DNA of 64,000 bases from the sequence record PV611058.1; one strand, written 5' to 3'. Positions 40,088 to 47,106 of the stretch are shown here, one piece after another. The notes below the pieces were generated by a model. It was not told where the DNA came from and searched no databases. It was given only the letters and a program-made list of their open reading frames with translations. How positions within the stretch are numbered: the first letter of the stretch is position 1; the number at the start of each line of letters is the position of its first letter. The position numbers and the translations under genes are program-made.

Positions 40088-40516
40088 TTAGTTAATAATA
40101 AAGGTAACTTCAGGATTCATTTCTGAAACTGCATTTCTCTTACTTCTATTCCATAGTACTCTATTGTTATATAATGAAGAATCACAAATTATAAGTAAGC
40201 AATTCCTTAATCTACTTACAGTACTTTGATTACTTAAATCAGTTTCTGTAACAAAAAATACATTATCAGGAACTTCTACAGGAATTGATTTATCAAAGAA
40301 GAAAACTACAATAGGTCTGTTTGTATGAACTAAATTAATAAAGTCTAAAATACTGTTATAAAATTCAGTTCCTTTGTTTAAACTTAATGGATCTTTGATT
40401 CTCTTCAAATAGGTCTGAACCAAATTATGATCGCTTTTGATTTGATACTCAAAATATTCTTTGAATAACATTTGTGTTAATTCAGATGTATTGGATATTT
40501 TCGTTGTGTTACTCAT
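40088..40516 (-). CDS. Hypothetical protein (142 aa)
   Basis: ORF track. Confidence 0.55.
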   Translation of the reverse strand: MSNTTKISNTSELTQMLFKEYFEYQIKSDHNLVQTYLKRIKDPLSLNKGTEFYNSILDFINLVHTNRPIVVFFFDKSIPVEVPDNVFFVTETDLSNQSTVSRLRNCLLIICDSSLYNNRVLWNRSKRNAVSEMNPEVTFIIN

Positions 40517-40519
40517 TCA

Positions 40520-41170
40520 CTTCGTTCTCTCGTAACTCAAGAAGTCACTACGTTTACTTCGTAAACTAGTTCCTTCTGAAAATGATAATGTACTTTAAAA
40601 GCTTGACGGGATTTGTTGAGGACTATTTCATCCCCCCGCAGGGGAATGAAGGTAATAAAAAAGAGACAATTAAGTCTCTCTTGACGATGATGGCATCGGA
40701 TATTATCGAATTGCGAATTTCTCAAATTTTGGACGGATCTTTCCTGTACCAAAATTTAGAGAGCGAAAGCGGGTTGCTCGGTTTCTCTCTATCGCAGTCA
40801 TATGCAACGGTCGCTGGTCTTTTCATCAACAGCACTCAGTACTAAACTCTATTCGATCAAAGTAGTACCTGTTCTCAAATTTTGGACGCAACTTTCTTGT
40901 AAAATCGCGTCCACCATCCTTGAACTCCCTTAGCAAATTCGTAAGGTGCGAACCTTATACATCTATCTAGGAACTCTCTGTGTGCTTATTGGAGTTCTTT
41001 ATACAGCCGTGTCGCCGTGATTCGTGGTCTTATCTCGTGTTTGTTTGATTGCCAGTACTCTAACAGGTTTCTTTTGCTGTTCGCTACAACGGTAAAGCTC
41101 ATCTATCCTTTACATTTTCAAGAGAAGTAGGTTCTCATTATCCATTTTTCAATGTCCGTTGTCATTTTAC
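40520..41170 (-). ncRNA. Candidate structured non-coding RNA or structured DNA element
   Basis: No credible long ORF; many stems, including ones needing G-U pairs only on the - strand; 17-nt exact direct repeat (40719-40735, 40872-40888); extended -10 promoter upstream and terminator at 40656-40683. Confidence 0.45.
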
Positions 41171-41177
41171 AATATAC

Positions 41178-41206
41178 ATTATATCACTAGGATGTGTTAT
41201 GTCCCG
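41178..41206 (-). promoter_or_regulatory. Extended -10 promoter
   Basis: TGATATAAT on the - strand (TATAAT at 41178-41183); GGGACA 16 nt upstream. Confidence 0.55.
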
Positions 41207-41620
41207 TTACATGTATACCTTTTTCAAATCCTTGGAACAACGATCAAAAATTGTGTTGATGAATTCGACATCCTCTTTGATATTGGAGTCTATAGCATCA
41301 TTCTCGTTTCTTGTCGTGTTCCTGTATTTGTGATCAGGGTGATTGTATACCACCTTGACTACATTATTTAGGTCTACAAAAAATGACGATTTTTGCGTAT
41401 AGGAAGCCTGAAGCTTAATGAGTTTACCATCGTTTTGTAGATTAGTCTTGTGAATTAGTTCTTCAATACCATCTAAATGGCTATAGCTATCCTGTTCTTT
41501 TACGAATGTAACAGTTACCAGTACTGACTTCTCATCTCCAAAGTCAGAGATATTTTTAACAGCACTGATGATTTCTAAGTTTGAAAAATCTAATTCTTTT
41601 AGCATTACAAATATTTCCAC
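41207..41620 (-). CDS. Hypothetical protein
   Basis: ORF track. Confidence 0.55.
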   Translation of the reverse strand: MEIFVMLKELDFSNLEIISAVKNISDFGDEKSVLVTVTFVKEQDSYSHLDGIEELIHKTNLQNDGKLIKLQASYTQKSSFFVDLNNVVKVVYNHPDHKYRNTTRNENDAIDSNIKEDVEFINTIFDRCSKDLKKVYM

Positions 41621-41961
41621 AAAGTTCGATAAGTGATAATTTCTTCTCTGGTAACAGAAACTTCATAGCACTTAACACCATCAGTTTCATTTCTGAATGG
41701 TTCTGCTGGTCTATCTTCTGTTAAACCTCGTTCATACGTACAATGATAATATTTGTTCGTGTTCATGTCAAGAAAAACTAGATCAAATTCTTCTGTCCAT
41801 CGTCTATGCCCTTTACTTTCATTACTAATGATTTTGTACTTAACATCGGGATTGAATGATTCAGTACTGTCATCCCATGTACCATAGTCAGTATATTCAT
41901 CATCTTCATCTAACTCTGCCAGATGCCACATTAACTGTGGTAAAAAGATTTTAGATTTCAT
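41605..41961 (-). CDS. Conserved hypothetical protein
   Basis: KGHRRW...YYHCTYERGLTE motif. Confidence 0.65.
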   Translation of the reverse strand: MKSKIFLPQLMWHLAELDEDDEYTDYGTWDDSTESFNPDVKYKIISNESKGHRRWTEEFDLVFLDMNTNKYYHCTYERGLTEDRPAEPFRNETDGVKCYEVSVTREEIITYRTLWKYL

Positions 41962-41972
41962 TTATTTTCTCC

Positions 41973-42007
41973 AAAAAAAATAGGGACTCGATTTCTCAAG
42001 TCCCTAT
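41973..42007 (-). terminator. Rho-independent terminator
   Basis: ATAGGGACT...AGTCCCTAT with A8 run. Confidence 0.7.
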
Positions 42008-42016
42008 CATAACATA

Positions 42017-42628
42017 TTAATTGTGATTATTCAATTTCTTTTGTTCTTTTTTTAGAGCTTTCATATGTCGTCCAAAATCACGAACATGCCATATATGGTC
42101 GGTTTCCCATAGTTCTGTACGTAAACGGCGTTCTTCCAATTCTTCTGGAGTAGGAATTTTAGATTTCTTCTTATCTTTATTGAAAAAATCATTCATATGC
42201 TCTTCCAGTAGATTTCTACCCTTAACTTTTTCCAGGAATTCATCTACTGATTCAGTTTTATTAGAACGAAGACTGTTACAACGTGAACACATGGTGTTGT
42301 AATTTGACTCTAAATCAGGTCCACCCTTAGATGCTAGTTGGTTATGATCTACTGTCATCAGTACTTCATATAGACCACAAACTGCATAGACATTTAAGTG
42401 AGGTTTACCATATACCGGATCAGTGCTATGTGAACGCTCAATGCGAACTTCAGTGGCTTCAATACCACACGCAACGCATTTACGATTCTTAACGAATGTA
42501 AGTACTTTTTGTGGGAAGTATCGGAAAGTAACACCGTTATATGTATAGCGTTTCATCTGAGTACTTCTTTGATTTAACTCATCAAGAAGTGATAGTTTGG
42601 CAACATAGTAGACCTGATATTTTGACAT
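42017..42628 (-). CDS. HNH endonuclease family protein
   Basis: CVACG, TVDH...KGG, MCSRCNSLRSN. Confidence 0.85.
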   Translation of the reverse strand: MSKYQVYYVAKLSLLDELNQRSTQMKRYTYNGVTFRYFPQKVLTFVKNRKCVACGIEATEVRIERSHSTDPVYGKPHLNVYAVCGLYEVLMTVDHNQLASKGGPDLESNYNTMCSRCNSLRSNKTESVDEFLEKVKGRNLLEEHMNDFFNKDKKKSKIPTPEELEERRLRTELWETDHIWHVRDFGRHMKALKKEQKKLNNHN

Positions 42629-42630
42629 TT

Positions 42631-42945
42631 TTAATCCTCGGATTTAATTTTAACCTTAACATCTTGATTTTGTAAATCACGAATAGTTTTAATTAATGCA
42701 TCATGTTTTAGTGCACAGTCATTGTACATTGCATCCCATTTTGCAAGTACTGCAAGAATTTCAGCACCATCATATCCTCTGAACCCGTTTTTATCGACCA
42801 TGATTTTACTTGGTAGTGGTGTATTTTCGTCACAACGTTCAAGTAAGATTTCTTGTTCTACAATTGGCTTAGGTTGATACTTAATTTCTTCAGCACAACC
42901 ACTAATTAATAGAAAAGAAATTGCAAATACTAAAGCGTATTTCAT
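42631..42945 (-). CDS. Outer-membrane spanin (Rz1/o-spanin-like lipoprotein)
   Basis: Signal peptide with LISGC lipobox, C-terminal YNDCALKHDAL; overlaps the i-spanin stop. Confidence 0.8.
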   Translation of the reverse strand: MKYALVFAISFLLISGCAEEIKYQPKPIVEQEILLERCDENTPLPSKIMVDKNGFRGYDGAEILAVLAKWDAMYNDCALKHDALIKTIRDLQNQDVKVKIKSED

Positions 42946-43316
42946 TTGAATTTATTCCTCGCTGCAAGGGAATTCTGTTTAAGTTCATTCAGAAGTTTAA
43001 CGCCATCTTCATCTAGACATACGTTTTTGTAAACTTCTCTTTCTACTATAATAGGCACTTGTGTCTCGATAACTTTAGCATTATCTTGCATTATCTTTTT
43101 GGTTTCTATATAGTTTTTTGCATTTTCTTGCTGCATCTTAGCGAGTGCAGAATCAACTTTCTTTTCTATTTTTTGGTCAATACTTTCTTTATAACCAGTA
43201 TAATAAGTATTTGCTGACCATCCACCGTAAACACAACCTGCCATTACTCCTACTACCAAAATTGGTTTCCAATATGGTATTAAAACTTTTGAAACAATAA
43301 TTTCTAGTACACTCAT
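42942..43316 (-). CDS. Inner-membrane spanin (Rz/i-spanin-like)
   Basis: N-terminal TM segment, coiled coil, YKNVCLDEDG; TAAATA upstream. Confidence 0.8.
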   Translation of the reverse strand: MSVLEIIVSKVLIPYWKPILVVGVMAGCVYGGWSANTYYTGYKESIDQKIEKKVDSALAKMQQENAKNYIETKKIMQDNAKVIETQVPIIVEREVYKNVCLDEDGVKLLNELKQNSLAARNKFK

Positions 43317-43369
43317 AATAACATCTCCTATAGTTGGTAATATTATTTAGAGTGTACTATATTATATGT

Positions 43370-43786
43370 TTACAACATTTTTTGAATATGATCTACGAGT
43401 TTATACAGTTTAGTGTTTTCATTCTCGTATTCCAAATCAACTTCAACTTTGAATTCTTCTTCAAGTTCCATGATCATTTCAATCCAGTCAAGCCAATCGA
43501 ATTTAAATTTTTCCACGACTTCACATTTAGTAAGATGGAAGTTCATTGATACATCTTTTTCGGATGCATTTTTGTCGCGACTTGTAATGAATTTGACAAT
43601 TGCTTTTTCAACGTCAGTTAGTTCACGTGTGCGATATTCTGGTTCAAGATACCATTCGCCATTATTGATAGCTTCCAACGAAAGTCTAAGTTCATGCATT
43701 AGTTTATAACGATCAGTACTTTTATGGATGCGGTTAACTTCGCGATTCAGTACACGTAGTGCGTCTTTGATTTGTTCGTTTAGCAT
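43370..43786 (-). CDS. Protein with C-terminal acyl-carrier-protein-like domain lacking the conserved Ser
   Basis: FDWLDWIEMIMELEEEFKVEV versus ACP [22 protein letters not shown]; start moved to MLNEQ (GAGG RBS). Confidence 0.7.
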   Translation of the reverse strand: MLNEQIKDALRVLNREVNRIHKSTDRYKLMHELRLSLEAINNGEWYLEPEYRTRELTDVEKAIVKFITSRDKNASEKDVSMNFHLTKCEVVEKFKFDWLDWIEMIMELEEEFKVEVDLEYENENTKLYKLVDHIQKML

Positions 43787-43796
43787 AACAATCCTC

Positions 43797-45035
43797 TTAT
43801 TTTTTACTGTACCATTGCATTTCACGGATATCTAATAGTACCTTCGTAGCCAACTTTATGTTTGGTCGCTTCGGTAGATGGGTCTTATGATACGCCACAT
43901 TTCGGATGTAGTCAACCTTTTCGTTGAAATAATCCATAACTTCTTGATACAACCACTTCCCGTTACGAATGTCCATCAACATAGCAGCATCCGGTCGGTG
44001 AACTTGGATGATACCAGTTTCAAGTGCTTCCTGTGCTGTATTCAGCAGCCTGACTGTATGCATTGCGTGTTTACAATCATAACCGTGGTGTGATTCAAGA
44101 ATAGCACGTTTGGCATTACGATTCTGCTTCCATTTGTGATAACTCTTACGGTTCTCACTATTTTCTTTGTATTCCTTTTCATTGAATTTTACAATGAGTT
44201 CAGGACGAACTTTCAATTCTTCTGAAGTACGTTCTTTGTTGAAATAACGTAGTGAACCATCAGCATTCACTGTACTTTCATTCGGGTTGATAATTACCCC
44301 AAAGATGTTTTCACCGTAATGGATTAGTTCATATCCAGAATTATAATTCAATAAATTGAAATCACGATCTAATACTTTATCAGTACTATAATTATGTACT
44401 AAACGTACAAAATGATATTGTTTCAATGCTTGTGTTGAAACTAATTGTAATGAAGTATCACGCATGTATTTTTCAAAATCAATTTTTGTAGCATTGAATG
44501 GGTGAAGATTGGATTTATTCAAACGGTCAACCAAATACTGCGGGAATGTATCATACATCCATGAAAGTACTTCGTCAACTGGATGTTCTTCTAAAATTTC
44601 ATTTAGTTTACGTTCAGCAATTCGTTCCTTATCGAGCCAGCCGTGGTGATTAGACATACGCTTAACCTGATTGTATGCATATCCACTGTATGAGTGTGCA
44701 ATCTTTGAACTCAATAATTGCTGATTGAATGAGCGTAGATAGTCATAGATTTCAGAACTTTCTACGATGTGTTCCGGTTTAACCCATAGTGATTCAAGAA
44801 TGTTTGGGTTAGCTTCAGTATACAGACTTAAGTACTGATTGATTTCATAAAATTTAGTATCTTCTTCAGAAGTATCTGAAACTTCCTTAACATTAAAAAA
44901 AGGAGTTAGGATATATTCTTTGTTTGCAAGGAAGATACCACGATAATCTGTATCACTTTCTGGTGTGCTTGTGCCATACGCCTGTGAACCTGCTAAGTGT
45001 TTCACAATAGTTTGTTCTAGAAAATTGTTTTTCAT
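43797..45035 (-). CDS. Pol-beta-superfamily nucleotidyltransferase (RlaP/YcgL-like)
   Basis: GSQAYGTSTPESDTDYRG, ANPNILE.LW, DCKHAMHTVRLL. Confidence 0.88.
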   Translation of the reverse strand: MKNNFLEQTIVKHLAGSQAYGTSTPESDTDYRGIFLANKEYILTPFFNVKEVSDTSEEDTKFYEINQYLSLYTEANPNILESLWVKPEHIVESSEIYDYLRSFNQQLLSSKIAHSYSGYAYNQVKRMSNHHGWLDKERIAERKLNEILEEHPVDEVLSWMYDTFPQYLVDRLNKSNLHPFNATKIDFEKYMRDTSLQLVSTQALKQYHFVRLVHNYSTDKVLDRDFNLLNYNSGYELIHYGENIFGVIINPNESTVNADGSLRYFNKERTSEELKVRPELIVKFNEKEYKENSENRKSYHKWKQNRNAKRAILESHHGYDCKHAMHTVRLLNTAQEALETGIIQVHRPDAAMLMDIRNGKWLYQEVMDYFNEKVDYIRNVAYHKTHLPKRPNIKLATKVLLDIREMQWYSKK

Positions 45036-45433
45036 AAGTAAATCGTTAACTCCTTTAGAAAACCATTATAGTATCGTTTAAAATCATGATCCAGTACTTG
45101 ATAGTCATTGTAACTAAATCCAAGATTTATGATAGTATCTTCTTGGAAGAATTTCTCTTCATTCATTACTTCGATTGGTTCATATTCTTTCCCACCTTTA
45201 TATACTTTAGTAAAGAACATACCATCATTGTTAATTTCAACGTACATGAAATTATTTTCTGGATCTCGTGGGCACACAATGTTTAGTGAACTTGTCCCGT
45301 TGTTATTATATTCGTATGAAATAATATCAAAAGAATCGATGCCATAACATTTGGACTTTTCTTTGTCACCAAAGACTTTTCTATCTGTACTCATATTGCG
45401 TATAGTACTGTAGATATCATCGATTGTAGTCAT
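45032..45433 (-). CDS. Hypothetical protein
   Basis: C-terminal EEKFFQEDTIINLGFSY motif. Confidence 0.6.
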   Translation of the reverse strand: MTTIDDIYSTIRNMSTDRKVFGDKEKSKCYGIDSFDIISYEYNNNGTSSLNIVCPRDPENNFMYVEINNDGMFFTKVYKGGKEYEPIEVMNEEKFFQEDTIINLGFSYNDYQVLDHDFKRYYNGFLKELTIYL

Positions 45434-45435
45434 AA

Positions 45436-45945
45436 TTAACCACCGTACTTTGACTTATATGTTTCTAAAGATAAAGAAATGCGATTTTGCTTTTTAATTC
45501 TTTCATCAATATCCTTTGAATTCTTAACACTTCTGTATACATCAGCTAATAAATTATAATCTTCTTTATTTGAGCTATGTAATGCCCAACCTATATCTGT
45601 TTTGATTCGAACATATGCTTTATTTGATGTGAAATAAAAATTGAATCCGTTAGACCCATCAAAAATATCATAAGTATTTACCCAATCTCCATAAGGAAAA
45701 CTCATTGGTACTGACTCATAATCAATGGTGATATCCGATAAATTTTTAGAACAGTACTTTACGAAGTGGTAAACAATCGGATCACATTTTGATAATTCGT
45801 ATTTGTATTCAATGATAGTTTTTCTATTAGTATCATTGATGGCATATTCTTTCATCAATGGACTTTTTTTGATGATAAGAGTCCATAGAAACGATTCTAA
45901 TCCAGTTTCATCAACTTTTTCTTTCTTTTTGAAAAATGAAATCAT
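45436..45945 (-). CDS. Hypothetical protein, paralog family copy 1
   Basis: KSPLMK...DTNRKTIIEYKYELSK. Confidence 0.65.
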   Translation of the reverse strand: MISFFKKKEKVDETGLESFLWTLIIKKSPLMKEYAINDTNRKTIIEYKYELSKCDPIVYHFVKYCSKNLSDITIDYESVPMSFPYGDWVNTYDIFDGSNGFNFYFTSNKAYVRIKTDIGWALHSSNKEDYNLLADVYRSVKNSKDIDERIKKQNRISLSLETYKSKYGG

Positions 45946-46463
45946 TTATATAAACCCTTAATTTTCTGTCTATTATGTATATCATTTTGCTGAATTTTCA
46001 AATTAGTAAGATTGTGTCTTACACCTTCAACGCCACGCATTATTTGTAACATAATTAGTGATTCGTCATATGTTAGAACATTGCTATTATTATCGATATA
46101 TACTTTCACTCCACTTTCAAGATAATCATTTTCTTTGGAGTTAAAGTTTCTAATAGCAAACTTAACGCCATTTGTTGCATCACTGAATACATATCGTTCC
46201 GCACCGTAGAATGTTTTTCCACGAAATAAACCGCCTTCTTCAAACTTCCAACGACTGGATTCATAATCATTAACGTAATCAATGATTAATGGTAGCAAAG
46301 GGTGTTTGCTCAATTTATATTTTGCTTCTAACAGAACACGACGATCTTGATCTGTATTGATGATATCTTTAAGTGTGAAACTTTTTGATATAATTTTAAA
46401 GATAATTTCATGCCAAATTAAAGTACTGTTTTGTTTTCCAACTGGGCCAAAAAACATATTCAT
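45942..46463 (-). CDS. Hypothetical protein, paralog family copy 2
   Basis: KSFTLK...TDQDRRVLLEAKYKLSK. Confidence 0.65.
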   Translation of the reverse strand: MNMFFGPVGKQNSTLIWHEIIFKIISKSFTLKDIINTDQDRRVLLEAKYKLSKHPLLPLIIDYVNDYESSRWKFEEGGLFRGKTFYGAERYVFSDATNGVKFAIRNFNSKENDYLESGVKVYIDNNSNVLTYDESLIMLQIMRGVEGVRHNLTNLKIQQNDIHNRQKIKGLYK

Positions 46464-46469
46464 TCCTCA

Positions 46470-47036
46470 TTAGTATAAATCAGTAATGTCTTTGTATGCA
46501 TTAATCTGTTTTTGTTGTAATGAAAGTTCATTGAGTTTAGTTACCATTTTATCTACGCCAACACGTATATAGAAAATAATAAATGAATCTAACTTGCCTA
46601 GAGTAATTCTTGAACTGAAAGTTGAAAGTTTTCTTGCATAAACATAAATTTCTTCTTCACTTGGTAAACGTTTCTCAATCAGCAAGTTTTCCACACCATT
46701 CGGCTCATAATCAATCTCGAACTCTACGCCTATCACAGTATCTTGAATGATATCAGTATATGAACCACCGAAAAAAAACTCTCTTGGTTTGGTTCTCCAA
46801 CGAGGACTAAATGGGTCAGATGCGTATTCTTTTACAAATTTGTAAAAGGACATTTTACTGAGCATATACTTCATCTCAATTAGTGCTTTGCGGTCATCAT
46901 CAGTTTTAAACTCTGCTTTGAGCGATGGACTTTTACACAGTAACTTAACTAAATTGTTGTACATCTTTAATGTACGTTGGTCTTTCATTTCTTGGATTTT
47001 GTGACGCTTTGGTGGTGGTAGTAAAGATTTGACCAT
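46470..47036 (-). CDS. Hypothetical protein, paralog family copy 3
   Basis: KSPSLK...TDDDRKALIEMKYMLSK. Confidence 0.65.
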   Translation of the reverse strand: MVKSLLPPPKRHKIQEMKDQRTLKMYNNLVKLLCKSPSLKAEFKTDDDRKALIEMKYMLSKMSFYKFVKEYASDPFSPRWRTKPREFFFGGSYTDIIQDTVIGVEFEIDYEPNGVENLLIEKRLPSEEEIYVYARKLSTFSSRITLGKLDSFIIFYIRVGVDKMVTKLNELSLQQKQINAYKDITDLY

Positions 47037-47059
47037 AATTTCCTCCTGTATTTTCTAGC

Positions 47060-47088
47060 ATTATACACATAAAAGAAAAGCCCGTCAA
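47060..47088 (-). promoter_or_regulatory. Sigma70-like promoter overlapping a terminator hairpin
   Basis: TTGACG-N17-TATAAT; the -35 box lies inside the stem AAGCCCGTC-AATA-GACGAGCTT. Confidence 0.75.
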
Positions 47089-47106
47089 TAGACGAGCTTA
47101 AAATTT

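Noticed and set aside
40615-40690. Group I intron-like P7 elements (GAGACU ... AUAGUCC flanking a P8-like stem)
   Set aside because: No interrupted gene, P1 U-G pair or P4-P6 P/Q elements were found, and the GAGAC segment is explained by the terminator stem. A cmsearch against group I models would settle it.
40537-40845. ORFs 40537..40752 (-) and 40582..40845 (+) inside the structured element
   Set aside because: They run through a terminator and hairpins, have no RBS or recognisable motifs, and are better explained as incidental.
40516-41190. tmRNA, RNase P RNA, tRNA or CsrB-like identity for the non-coding element
   Set aside because: No tRNA-like ends or T-loop, no GAGGAAAGUCC core, and GGA motifs are not clearly enriched.
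42017-42628. HNH gene as a mobile homing element
   Set aside because: HNH motif is clear, but no flanking duplication, intron or interrupted target is visible; kept as a plain CDS.
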